NCBI RefSeq assembly: GCF_006345805.1
Contig: NC_042999.1
Location: 167,090,001 to 167,154,000, forward strand
Length of the DNA stretch: 64,000 bases
Source of the DNA: Octopus sinensis
Lineage: Eukaryota
Direction of reading: 5' to 3'
Shown: piece by piece, positions 36,801-49,208 of the stretch
Numbering within the stretch: the first letter of the stretch is position 1
Layout of the letters: each line of letters opens with the position of its first letter
Made by a program: the position numbers and the translations under genes
Notes under the pieces: generated by a model
The model's database searches: none
Told to the model about the DNA's origin: nothing
What the model saw: only the letters and a program-made list of their open reading frames with translations

Positions 36801-39800
36801 TGGTGGCTGCTTGGTATGAAGCCACAGAGGTGGCTGTGTGGTAAGAAGCCACAGAGGTGGTTGTTTGGTAAGAAGCAACAGAGGTGGCTGTGTGGTAAGA
36901 AGTCACAGAGGAGGCTCTTTGGTAAGAGGCCACAGAGGTGTATGTTTGGTAAGAAGCCACAGAGGTGGCTGTGTGGTAAGAAGCCACAGATGTGGCTGTG
37001 TGGTAAGATGCCACAGAAGTGGCTGTGTGGTAAGAAGCCACAGAGGTGGCTGTTTGGTAAGAAGCCACAGAGGTGGTTGTTTGGTAAGAAGCCACAGAGG
37101 TGGCTGATTGGTAAGAAGCCACAGAGGTGGCTGTTTGGTAAGAAGCCACAGAGGTGGCTGTTTGGGAAGAAGCCACAGAGGTGGCTATTTGGTAAGAAGC
37201 CACAGAGGTAGTTGTTTGGTAAGAATCCACAGAGGTGGCTGTGTGGTAAGAATCCACAGAGGTGGCGGTGTGGTAAGAGGCCATAGAGGTGTATGTTTGG
37301 TAAGAAGCCACAGAGGTGGTTGTGTGGTAAGAAGCCACAGAGGTGGCTGTGTGGTAAGAATCCACAGAGGTGGCTGTTTGCTATGAAGCCACAGAGGTGG
37401 GTACTTGGTAAAAAGCCACAGAGGTGGCTCTTTGGTAAGAAGCCACAGAGGTTGCTTTTTGGTAAGAATCCACAGAGGTGGCTGTGTGGTAAGAAACCAC
37501 AGAGGTGGTTGTTTGGTAAGTAGCCACAGAGGTGGCTGTTTGGTAAGAAGCCACAGAGGTGGTGTTTGGTAAGAAGCCCCAGAGGTGGCTGTTTGTAAGA
37601 AGCCACAAAGGTGGCTGTGTGGTAAGAAGCCACAGGGGTGACTGTGTGGTAAGACGCCACAGAGGTGGCTGTTTGGTAACAAGCCACACAGATGGCTCTG
37701 TGGTAAGAAGCCACAGAGGTGTCTGTGAGGTAAGAAGCCACAGAGGTGGCTGTTTGGTAAGAAGCCACAGAGGTAGTTGTTTGGTAAGAAGCCACAGATG
37801 TGGCTGTGTGGTAAGAATCCACAGAGGTGGCTGTTTGGTAAGGGGCCACAGAGGTGTACGTTTGGTAAGAAGCCACAGAGGTGGCTGTGTGGTAAGAAGC
37901 CACAGAGGTGGCTGTGTGGTAAGAATCCACAGAGGTGGCTGTGTGGTAAGAAGCCACAGAGGTGGCTGTTTGGTAAGAAGCCACAGAGGTGGCTCTTTGG
38001 TAAGAAGCCACAGAGGTTGCTTTTTGGTAAGAATCCACAGAGGTGGCTGTGTGGTAAGAAGCCACAGAGGTGGTTGTTTGGTAAGAAGCCACAGAGGTGG
38101 CTGTTTGGTAAGAAGCCACGGAGGTGGCTGTTTGGTAAGAAGCCCCAGAGGTGGCTGTATGTAAGAAGCCACAGAGGTGGCTGTGTGGTAAGAAGCCACA
38201 GAGGTGGCTGTGTGGTAAGAAGCCACAGAGGTGGTTCTTTGGTAAGAAGCCACAGAGATGGCTCTGTGGTAAGAAGCCACAGAGGTGTGTGTGTGGTTAG
38301 AAGCCACAGAGGTGGTTGTTTGATAAGAAGCCACAGAGGGGGCTGTTTGGTAAGAAGCCACAGAGGTGGCTGCTTGGAAAGAAGCCACAGAGCTGGCTGT
38401 GTGCTAAGTAGCCACAGAGGTGGCTGTTTGGTAAGAAGCCGCAGGGGTGGCCGTGTGGTAAGAAGCCACAGAGGTGGCTGTTTGGGAAGAAGCCACAGAG
38501 GTGGCTGTTTGGTAAGAAGCCACAGTGGTGGCTGCTTGGTATGAAGCCACAGAGGTGGCTGTGTGGTAAGAAGCCACAGAGGTGGCTGTGTGGTAAGATG
38601 CCACAGAAGTGGCTGTGTGGTAAGAAGCCACAGAGGTGGCTGTTTGGTAAGAAGCCACAGAGGCGGTTGTTTGGTAAGAAGCCACAGAGGTGGCTGATTG
38701 GTAAGAAGCCACAGAGGTGGCTGTTTGGTAAGAAGCCACAGAGGTGGCTGTTTGGGAAGAAGCCACAGAGGTGGCTATTTGGTAAGAAGCCACAGAGGTA
38801 GTTGTTTGGTAAGAATCCACAGAGGTGGCTGTGTGGTAAGAATCCACAGAGGTGGCGGTGTAGTAAGAGGCCATAGAGGTGTATGTTTGGTAAGAAGCCA
38901 CAGAGGTGGCTGTGTGGTAAGAAGCCACAGAGGTGGCTGTGTGGTAAGAATCCACAGAGGTGGCTGTTTGCTATGAAGCCACAGAGGTGGGTACTTGGTA
39001 AAAAGCCACAGAGGTGGCTCTTTGGTAAGAAGCCACAGAGGTTGCTTTTTGGTAAGCATCCACAGAGGTGGCTGTGTGGTAAGAAACCACAGAGGTGGTT
39101 GTTTGGTAAGTAGCCACAGAGGTGGCTGTTTGGTAAGAAGCCACAGAGGTGGCTGTTTGGTAATAAACCCCAGAGGTGGCTGTTTGTAAGAAGCCACAAA
39201 GGTGGCTGTGTGGTAAGAAGCCACAGGGGTGACTGTGTGGTAAGACGCCACAGAGGTGGCTGTTTGGTAACAAGCCACAGAGATGGCTCTGTGGTAAGAA
39301 GCCACAGAGGTGTCTGTGATGTAAGAAGCCACAGAGGTGGTTGTTTGATAAGAAGCCACAGAGGTGGCTGTTTGGTAAGAAGCCACAGAGGAGGCTGTTT
39401 GGTAAGAAGCCACAGAGCTGGCTGTGTGCAAAGTAGCCACAGAGGTGGCCGTGTGGTAAGAAGCCACAGAGGTGGCTGTTTGGTAACAAGCCACAGAGGT
39501 GGCTGTTTGGTAAGAAGCCACAGTGGTGGCTGCTTGGTATGAAGCCACAGAGGTGGCTGTGTGGTAAGAAGCCACAGAGGTGGTTGTTTGGTAAGAAGCC
39601 ACAGAGGTGGCTGTGTGGAAAGAAGCCACAGAGGTGGCTGTGTGGTAAGAAGTCACAGAAGAGGCTGTTTGGTAAGAAGCCACAGAGGTGGCTGTTTGGT
39701 AAGAAGCCACAGAGGTGGTTGTTTGGTAAGAAGCCACAGAGGTGGCTGTTCGGTAAGAAGCCACAGACGTGGCTGTGTGGTAAGAAGCCACAGAAGTGGC

Positions 39801-42800
39801 TGTTTGGTAACAATCCACAGAGGTGGTTGTTTGATAAGAAGACACAGAGGTGGCTTTGTGGTAAGAAGCCACAGAGGTGGCTGTGTGGTAAGAAGCCACA
39901 GAGGTGGCTGTGTGGTAAGAAGCCACAGAGGTGGCAGTGTGGTAAGAAGCCACAGAGGTGGCTGTGTGGTAAGAAGCCACAGAGGTGGCTGTTTGTTAAG
40001 AAGCCACAGAGGTGGCTGTGTGGTAAGAAGCCACAGAGGTGGTTGTTTGTTAAGAAGACACGGAGGTGGCTGTTTTGTAAGAAGCCACAGAGGTGGCTGT
40101 TTGGTAAGAAACCACAGAGGTGGTTGTTTGGTAAGAAGCCACAGAGGTGGCTGTGTGGTAAGAAGCCAGAGAGGTGGCTGTTTGGTAAGAAGCCGCAGGG
40201 GTGGTTGTTTGGTAAGAAGGCACAGAGGTGGCTGTGTGGTAAGAAGCCACAGAGGTGGCTGTTTGGTAAGAAGCCACAGAGGTGGTTGTTTGGTAAGAAT
40301 CCGCAGAGGTGGCTGTGTGGTAACAAGACACAGAGGTGGCTGTTTCGTACGAAACCGCAGGGGTGGATGTTTGGTAAGAAACCACAGAGGTGTGTGTTTG
40401 GTAAGAAGCCACAGAGGTGGCTGCTTGGTAAGAAGCCACAGAGCTGGCTGTGTGCTAAGTAGCCACAGAGGTGGCTGTTTGGTAAGAAGCCGCAGGGGTG
40501 GCCGTGTGGTAAGAAGCCTCAGAGGTGGCTGTTTGGTAAGAAGCCACAGAGGTGGCTGTTTGGTAAGAAGCCACAGTGGTGGCTGCTTGGTATGAAGCCA
40601 CAGGGGTGGCTGTGTGGTAAGAAGCCACAGAGGTGGCTGTTTGGTAAGAAGCACAGGGGTGGTTGTTTGGTAAGAAGCCACAGAGGTGGCTGTTTGGTAA
40701 GAAGCACAGAGGTGGTTGTTTGGTAAGAAGCCACTGAGGTGGCTGTTTGGTAAGAAGCCACAGAGGTGGTTGTTTGGTAAGAATCCAAGAGGTGGCTGTG
40801 TAGTAAGAACCCACAGAGGTGGCTGTTTGGTAAGAAGCCACAGGGGTGGCTGTTTGGTAAGAAGCCGCAGGGGTGGTTGTTTGGTAAGAGGCAACAGAGG
40901 TGGCTTTTTGGTAAGAAGCCACAGAGGTGGCTGTGTGGTGAGAAGCCACAGAGGTGGCTGTTTGGTAAGAAGCTACAGAGGTGGCTGTGTGGTAAGAAGC
41001 CACAGAGGTGGTTGTTTGGTAAGAAGCCACAGAGGTGGCTGTGTGGTAAGAAACCACAGAGTTGGCTGTTTGGTAAGAAGCCACAGAGGTGGCTGTGTGG
41101 TTAGAAGCCAGAGAGGTGGTTGTTTGGTAAGAAGCCACAGAGGTGGCTCTTTGGTAAGAAGCCACAGAGGTGGCTGTGTGGTAAGAAGCCACAGAGGTGG
41201 CTGTGTGGTAAGAAGCCGCAGAGATGGTTGTTTGGTAAGAAGCCACAGAGGTAGCTGTGTGGTAAGCCACGGAGGTGGCTGTGCGGTAAAAAGCCATAGA
41301 TGTGGCTGTGTGGTAAGAAGCCACAGAGGTGGCTGTGTGGTAAGAAGCCACAGAGGTGGTTGTTTGGTAAGAAGCCACAGAGGTGGTTGTTTGGTAAGAA
41401 GCCACAGAGGTGGCTGTGTGGTATGAAGCCACAGAGGTGGTTGTTTGGTAGGAAGCCACAGAGGTGGCTGTGTGGTAAGAAGCCACAGAGGTGGCTGTTT
41501 GGTAAGAAGCCATAGAGGTGGCTGTGTGGTAAAAGCGACAGAGGTGGCTGTTTGGTAAGAAGCCACAGAGGTGGCTGTGTGGTAAGAAGACACAGAGGTG
41601 GCTGTTTGGTAAGAAGCCGCAGGGCTGGTTGTTTGGTAACAAACCACAGAGGTGGCTGTTTGGTTAGACGTCACAGAGGTGGCTGTGTGGTAAGATGCCA
41701 CAGAGGTGGCTGTGTGGTATGATGCCACAGATGTCGCTGTGTGGTAAGAAGCCACAGAGGTGGCTGTGTGTTAAGAAGCCAGAGAGGTGGCTGTTTTGTT
41801 AGAAGCCAGAGAGGTGGCTGTGTGTTAAAAAGCCACAGTTGTGGCTGTCTGGTAAGACGCCACAAAGGTGGCTGTTTGGTAAGAAGCCACAGAGGTGGCT
41901 GCGTGGTAAGAAGCACCAGAGGTTGCTGTGTGGTAAGAAGCCACAGAGGTGGCTGTTTGGTAAGAAGCCACAGAGGTGGCTGTGTGGTAAGAAGCCGCAG
42001 AGGTTACTGTGTGGTAAGAAGCCACAGAGGTGGCTGTGTGGTAAGAAGCCACAGAGGTGGCTGTGTGGTAAGAAGCCACAGAGGAGGCTGTTTGGTAAGA
42101 AGCCACAGACGTGGCTGTGTGGTAAGAAGCCACAGTGGTGGCTGTCTAGTAAGAAGCCACAGAGGTGGCTGTTTGTAATAAGCCACAGAGGTGGCTGTGT
42201 GGTAAGGATCCACAGAGGTGGCTGTTTGGTAAGAGGCCACAGAGGTGTCTGTTTGTTATGAAGCCACAGAGGTGGCTGTGTGGTAAGAAGCCATAGAGGT
42301 GGCTGTTTGGTAGGAGGCCACAGAGGTGGCTGTGTAGTAAGAAGCCACAGAGGTGGCTGTGTGGTAAGAAGCCACAGAGGTGGTTGTTTGGTAAGAAGCC
42401 ACAGAGGTGGCTGTTTGGTAAGAAGCCACAGAGGTGGCTGTTTGGTAAGAAGCCACAGAGGTGGCTGTTTGGTAAGAAGCCACAGAGGTAGTTGTTTGGT
42501 AAGAATCCACAGAGGTGGCTGTGTGGTAAGAATCCACAGAGGTGGCTGTGTGGTAAGAATCCACAGAGGTGGCTGTTTGCTATCAAGCCACAGAGGTGGC
42601 TGTTTGGTAAGAAGCCACAGAGGTTGCTCTTTGGTAAGAAGCCACAGAGGTGGCTGTGTGGTACGAAGCCACAGAGGTGGTTGTTTGGTAAGAAGCCACA
42701 GAGGTGGCTGTTTGGTAAGAAACCATAGAGGTGGCTGTTTGGTAAGAAGCCACAGAGGTGGCTGTTTGGTAAGAAGCCACAGAGGTGGCTGTTTGGTAAG

Positions 42801-43931
42801 AAGCCACAGAGGTGGCTGTGTGGTAAGAAGCCACAGAGGTGGCTGTTTGGTAAGACGCCACAGAGGTGGCTGTTTGGTAAGAAGCCACAGAGGTGGCTGT
42901 TTGTTAAGAAGCCACAGAGGTGGCTGTGTGGTAAGACGCGACAGAGGTGGCTGTTTGGTAAGAAGCCACAGAGGTGGCTGTTTGGTAAGAAGCCACAGAG
43001 GTGGCTCTGTGGTAAGAAGCCACAGAGGTGGCTGTTTGGTAAGAAGCCACAGAGGTGGCTGTGTGGTAAGAAGCCACAGAGGTGGCTGTTTGGTAAGAAA
43101 CCACAGAGGTGGCTGTGTGGTAAGAAGCCACAGAGGTGGCTGTTTGGTAAGAATCCACAGAGGTGACTGTGTGGTAAGAAGCCATAGAGGTGGTTGTTTG
43201 GCCAGAAGCCACAGAGGTTTCTCTGTGATAATAAGCCACAGAGGTGGCTGTGTGGTAAGAAGCCACAGAGGTGGCTGTTTGGTAAGAAGCCAAGAGGTGG
43301 CTGTTTGTAAGAAGCCACAGAGGTGGCTGTTTGGTAAGAAGCCACAGAGGTGGCTGTGTGGTAAGAAGCCACAGATGTGGCTGTTTGATAAGAAGCCACA
43401 GAGGTGGCTGTGTGGTAAGAAGCCACAGAGGTGGCTGTTTGGTAAGAAGCCACAGAGGTGGCTGTTTGGTAAGAAGCCACAGAGGTGGCTGTTTGTTAAG
43501 AAGCCACAGAGGTGGCTGTGTGGTAAGACGCGACAGAGGTGGCTGTTTGGTAAGAAGCCACAGAGGTGGCTGTTTGGTAAGAAGCCACAGAGGTGGCTGT
43601 GTGGTAAGAAGCCACAGAGGTGGCTGTTTGGTAAGAAGCCACAGAGGTGGCTGTGTGGTAAGAAGCCACAGAGGTGGCTGTTTGGTAAGAAACCACAGAG
43701 GTGGCTGTGTGGTAAGAAGCCACAGAGGTGGCTGTTTGGTAAGAATCCACAGAGGTGACTGTGTGGTAAGAAGCCATAGAGGTGGTTGTTTGGCCAGAAG
43801 CCACAGAGGTTTCTCTGTGATAATAAGCCACAGAGGTGGCTGTGTGATAAGAAGCCACAGAGGTGGCTGTTTGGTAAGAAGCCACAGAGGTGGCTGTTTG
43901 GTAAGAAGCCACAGAGGTGGCTGTTTGGTAA
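27841..43931. repeat. Giant 27-bp minisatellite/satellite array (~16.1 kb, ~600 units), consensus GTGGCTGT(G/T)TGGTAAGAAGCCACAGAG
   Basis: The 27-bp period is directly visible and explains the 9-aa repeats in the ORF track (GKKPQRWLF, VRSHRGGCL, ASYQTATSV). Confidence 0.98.
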
Positions 43932-44063
43932 TACAGCAATCGGCGGGCGTTGCTGTTGCCCTCATTTTCCCCCATTTCATTTGTCATTCATATCATTATG
44001 TGTGTGTGTCCAGCCCGAGACTTCCTTTCTCTGTAAATCCCTTGTGGCCAATTAAAGGAAATA

Positions 44064-44430
44064 AAGAAGCTTGCTTCCCGACCACATGTTTCCGTGTTCA
44101 GTCCCACCGTGTGACACTTGGACAAATGTCTTCTACTATAGCCTGGGGCCGACGACATCATTGTGCTTAGATTTGGTAGACGGAAACTAAAAGAAGCCCA
44201 TCGTATATATATGTATATATGTTTCTGCGTCTGTTTTTTTGTCCCCCCCCATCATCGCTTGACCTTTATTGTTGGTGTGTTTACGTTCCCGTAACCTAGC
44301 GGTTCAGCAAAAGAGACCGATAGAATAAGTACTAAGCTTACAAAGAATAAGTACTGAGGTTGTTTTGTTCGACTAAAGGCCGTACTCCAGCATGGCCACA
44401 GTCAGATTACTGAAACAAGTAAAAGAATAA
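44064..44430 (+). mobile_element. SINE S1 body lacking its first ~13-20 nt (starts aagaagcttgcttcccgaccacatg)
   Basis: Aligns with 52236-52650 and 58122-58560 from the AAGAAGC position onward. Confidence 0.85.
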
Positions 44431-44464
44431 ATTCTTTTATTCTTCCTCTTGTTTCAATGATTTG

Positions 44465-44671
44465 ACTATCACCTTGAAGGATTCTAGTCGAACAAATAGA
44501 GCCCAGGACTTTCTTTTTAAGTCTAGTACTTATTCTATCGACCTATTTTGCCGAATCGCTAAGTTACGGGGATGTAAATATACCAACACCGGTCGTCAAG
44601 CGGTGATGGGAGACAAACACAGACACAAGGACACACACATACGCACGCTCATACACATACATACAACCATG

Positions 44672-44742
<71 letters not shown>

Positions 44743-44895
44743 CATATATATATATATATAATATATATACGACTGGCTTCTTTCAGTTTCTATCTACTAA
44801 ATCCACTCACAAGGCTTTGTTCGGCTCGAGGCTATAGTAGAAGACACCTCCCGGAACTATATGGTTGGGAAGCAAGTTTCTTACCACACAGCCTC
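44465..44895 (-). mobile_element. SINE S1 copy with an internal deletion
   Basis: Minus-strand head aggctgtgtggtaagaaacttgcttccc, an internal (TA)n tract and the S1 tail. Confidence 0.75.
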
Positions 44896-45329
44896 AGCTG
44901 ATTAAAATACGTTTAATTTTCAAACCTTAATTGACTCTACAGACAGATTTCAAATTCTATGAATACCTTTATTCAAACTGAAAACATTTCTGCTCCAGGC
45001 TCTGCTCATAACGCAATAGAATCGCAAACATCAAGCAACATTTTGTCCTGTATTCATGCGCAAAATATAGATCAAAGTCTCGGAATACGATTGTCATGTA
45101 ACTTTAATTGATTAAGTATTTTGCAGAGATTTAATTCTTTAACTACTTTAGTTCCCACTTTACTATATGTTGTTTCTACAGCAGGCATAATAAAATATCC
45201 TATTGAAATAAAAAGGGCCATATAGCTCCTTGGAGCAGACATGATGCTCGCTGTGAATTTAAAAAAAAATTCCTGCCAATTTGTGAAAGATATCGTCGAA
45301 AATATGTCATCTTGAATTTGAACGCGATT

Positions 45330-45712
45330 TCCCAAAATGGCATGATTTTATCGATTTTTTCTGGTGGTAAGGTATTGCATGGAAAACTAACGTCAGAATT
45401 AAGTCTCTTAGGGTAACATTAAGCTTCACCATGAGTTTGGTGAAAATCGATTGCAAGTTGCGAAAACTACGACAGAAAATGTGTTGCATATAAAAAGCTT
45501 AGATGTTCGACCCCATGTCGTATTTATCGATTTTTTCAGAACTGGGGGAACTTTTCAAAATTTTCGCTGCGTTAGTTTTGAATTATAACATTGGGCTATG
45601 TGTGTGTCAAGTTTCATCAGAATCGGTTGAAAGCCGTGGTCAGGGTGAGGGTACAACCTGACAGACACAAAAACACACAGACAGACAAACTGCCGTTTAT
45701 ATAGAGAGAGAT
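45330..45712 (+). mobile_element. Possible 3' end of a non-autonomous Helitron-like element
   Basis: Ends aagtttcatcagaatcggttg...gacagacacaaaaacacacagacagacaaactgccgtttatatagagagagat, similar to Lep1/DINE-type right ends. Classified from recall only. Confidence 0.35.
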
Positions 45713-46074
45713 TCTTAGATACTCTAAAGTCCGATATGTACAAACAATAATGCTTTGCTGAAAAGGTCCAATATGAACGAAACATATTCGGAGTTGTTGT
45801 TCTAAGTATCTTATTGACTCCTCACAGCTTAAGCTCAGTTAATTAATTTGCGTCTCTGAGGAGTATCACAATGCTTATTCTTTTTACCACAAATGTTGTA
45901 TTAACTTATTAAATTATTTTTCGAGTGGGGTCACGACACTAAAAATATGCGTTTCTAATTCTCTTTGTGTATGCGTGTGTTTATACAAATATATACATGT
46001 ATATACATATACATACATGCATGCATACATATATGTATGTATGTATGAATATATAATCGACTCCAGTACGTTTA

Positions 46075-46216
46075 AAGCCTGGTACTTATCCTATCGGTAT
46101 CTTTTGCCGAACCGCAAGTTTAAGGGGATGTAAATACACCGACGCCGGCTGTCAAGCAGTGATGGGACACACACACATGTATATATACATACATAATACA
46201 TACATACATACATACA

Positions 46217-46230
<14 letters not shown>
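46075..46230 (-). mobile_element. SINE S1 fragment
   Basis: cctggtacttatcctatcggtatcttttgccgaaccgc...gtcaagcagtgatgggacacacacac is the reverse complement of the S1 body. Confidence 0.7.
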
Positions 46231-46247
<17 letters not shown>

Positions 46248-46249
46248 CC

Positions 46250-48780
46250 AGTCACAGTACCTGGCCCGCCTGTTCAGGCATCGAGGATACCCCTACCAAC
46301 CCTGGTCCAGAACGCACTTGCCCGCGCTCGTCGAATCGACCGCACCACCGCCCTTTCTCCTTCCTCTCACCAACCCCCTAACCGCACCCCCTTTCCCCTC
46401 CTTTTCCACCACTCCACTTTACTCCGTCGTTGTCGGATACTACGGGCCTTCCGTCGTACCCAACTCGATCCCACCACCCACCCCACATTCCCCAACCCAC
46501 CCTTGTCGTCCTTCAAACGAGCCCGGAACCTACGCGATCTCCTGGTCCGTAGCACCTTCTCCTCTTCCCCCTCAGCCCCACATGGATCCTTCTCGTGCTC
46601 CAGATCCCGCTGCAACACTTGTCCCTTCATCACCAACACCACTTCTATCACTGGTTCCAACCAACAAACTGTACTTATTAGACATTCCTTTACTTGCACT
46701 TCATCTGGCCTCATCTACTGCATTAAATGCATCTTCTGTGGGATGCTTTATGTAGGTCAGACGGGCCGCCGACTGGCCGACCAGTTCACCGAACATCTAA
46801 GGGGTGTTCGGCTACGTTCCAACATTTCCCGTCGCCCGTCACTTCCGCTTGGCCAACCATTCCCCCTCTAACATCTCTGTGTTTGGTCTCGTCCTACACA
46901 ATGGATCGCCACAATCCAGGCTTCACTTGGAACAGCGCTATATATTCAGTTTACGGACTAATATCCCGCACAGACTTAACGCAGCCCCTCCCTCTTAGAG
47001 ACTGCCCCTACACCTCCCGCAACAAGCAACTTTATTTCTTCTTTCTTTTATATTGGATCAACTTCCTTACATCTTATTGTTTTTATAATTTTTTGTTTTT
47101 TTTATTGTTTATAATTTATTGTTTTTATAAATTATTGTTTTTATACACGAACACATACACACACATACTCACGTATCCACGAACACACATATACCTCCCA
47201 CACACCACACACATACAACATACGTACATGCACATATACACACATATACTTCCAATCACATACACACACGCATACATACACATATACACACCCCACATAT
47301 ACGCACACACAGGAATGCTCAGAAACCTATCCCACACAACCCCACGCACACACAGACACACTTACCTTTAGACACACACACACATATAAACGTACACACA
47401 ACGACATACACGCACATACTCAAGCACACGCGCGTACACACAACAAAATGCACACAACCTGACACACATCTCCATGTTCATACACACATATACACACGCA
47501 CGCACATACGCATATGCACACATGCACATACACACACGCACATACATACGCACATAATACACGCACACACACATATACACACGTACATACACACGCACAC
47601 CTGCACAGGTTCGTACATTTACCTCCAACAAACAATACTTATACAGACACGCACACAATTATACACACATGGGCACAGACACACGCGCACATACACGCAT
47701 CACGCACGTAAGCACACACACGCACACAAACATATGCACACACATTACGCCTACACAAACCCCACGACCACCCCCCACACACACGCATACACAAATTCAC
47801 ATACACACCTATACATATACGTACACACACAATATATGCATACACACGCACACACACACACACACGCACACACAAACATGCGCACACACGCACACACAAA
47901 CATGCGCACACACGCACACAAATGCACACACCTAAAACTCACAACCCCACGGATACACGTATATACACCTACATACGCATACATGTACACACATAGACAT
48001 GCACATATACACGCGCACACAACTACGCGCACATATGACACGTACGCACATACACACACACACACACACACACAAATGAACCCACACATACCTCCCATAC
48101 ACTAGCGCACACTCATACATACACGCACACAATTATACATACATGTATACACACATACGCACATACAAGCACACACGCACACATACACAAATTAAAGCAC
48201 AGTTATTCCCCACACACACAACCTCTACGCATACACACACATACACTACAAACAAAACACACACACAATACATATACGTACGCACACACACACATACTTC
48301 AAACTACCACTACCTTTCACCGACTATGGGTAGATAGACACAAGAGCCACTCCTACTTCATTCTTCCTTGAACTTAAACGATACTGAGCCCAACCACACA
48401 CACACACACACGTGCTATCATTGCACACAAACACACATACACACACGCGCACACGCAGACCTGCACGCACGCACATATCTACACTTACACACGCATACCT
48501 CCTTTTGCACTCTCCTGTCTGTGAAAGAACATTTACTTCACCCATTCCCTTCCAGTCATTCAAAATGTGACCTCGTGTGTACCGTTGGCGATTTTTTTCC
48601 CTCCGTCTTCCCTTCTTTGGCTCTTTTATTTTCCTATGTTTCCGACGAAGAGCTCCGCTCGGAACGTTAACCCCTCCTTCTTTCCTTCTTTCCTGAGCGT
48701 CCAATAATACTATACTTGTTCCACGTGTTTTCTCTTTGTGTTTTCATGTTTGGATTAACTTTATATATATGTATAAAGAA
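46250..48780 (+). mobile_element. 5'-truncated Penelope-like element (Neptune-like) with a long CA-rich 3' region and a degenerate HHR at 48642-48670
   Basis: GIY-YIG remnant at 46503-46998, a CA/CACG-rich tract at ~47150-48480, then CCGACGA-a-gagc-tcc-gctc-GGAA-cgtt, and a final (TA)n. Treating these as one element is inference. Confidence 0.65.
46503..46998 (+). pseudogene. PLE GIY-YIG endonuclease, frameshifted near 46830
   Basis: FKRARNLRDLLVRS...CSRSRCNTCPFI...FTCTSSGLIYCIKCIFCGMLYVGQTGRRLADQFTEH, continuing in another frame as FPVARHFRLANHS...RLHLEQRYIFSL. Confidence 0.85.
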
Positions 48781-48789
48781 CTAGAAATG

Positions 48790-49070
48790 TAGTCTACGCA
48801 TAAAGTGCATAGAGGGTACTTGTAAAGACAAGAACATGATATACATAAGTGAAACCTCTAGAATCATTGCGGGGAGGCTGAATGAATATTTGAGACAATA
48901 TGACAACAAAAAAACAGTCCTCCATGCTCTGCCAACAGGCCAAAGACCAGCATGGAGGCAACTTGGTGAACTAGGCATCCGCATTTTATTCAAGCATGCA
49001 CAGTTATTCAAAACCAATCACATAGACACACTAAAACATGCGCCCACAAAGAGACAAAGGTACACACACA
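48790..49070 (+). pseudogene. Heavily decayed PLE GIY-YIG endonuclease remnant (Penelope/Poseidon-like)
   Basis: ...IKCIEGTCKDKNMIYISETSRIIAGRLNEY...HALPTGQRPAW resembles VYxIxC...YIGETxRxLxxRLxEH...HA..TGH...W. Confidence 0.45.
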
Positions 49071-49126
49071 CACAAACATGAACAGTCAAACAAATGAATA
49101 TGCAGAATACAAGTGTCTATCTCAAG

Positions 49127-49133
<7 letters not shown>

Positions 49134-49203
<70 letters not shown>
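49134..49203. repeat. (TATC)n microsatellite
   Basis: Seen directly. Confidence 0.95.
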
Positions 49204-49205
<2 letters not shown>

Positions 49206-49208
49206 ATA

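Noticed and set aside
27841-43931. CRISPR-like array
   Set aside because: The units are directly adjacent with no unique spacers, there are no cas genes, and the context is eukaryotic.
27759-44170. Very long ORFs (up to 574 aa) with Cys/His-rich 9-aa repeats resembling zinc-finger or mucin-like proteins
   Set aside because: They follow from a 27-bp unit that is stop-free in five of six frames. Frequent indels switch frames, there is no C2H2 spacing, and the unit derives from a SINE head.
45072-45335. 87-aa minus-strand ORF with a hydrophobic stretch (possible membrane-protein exon)
   Set aside because: It has no recognisable family motif, and its start overlaps a probable transposon end.
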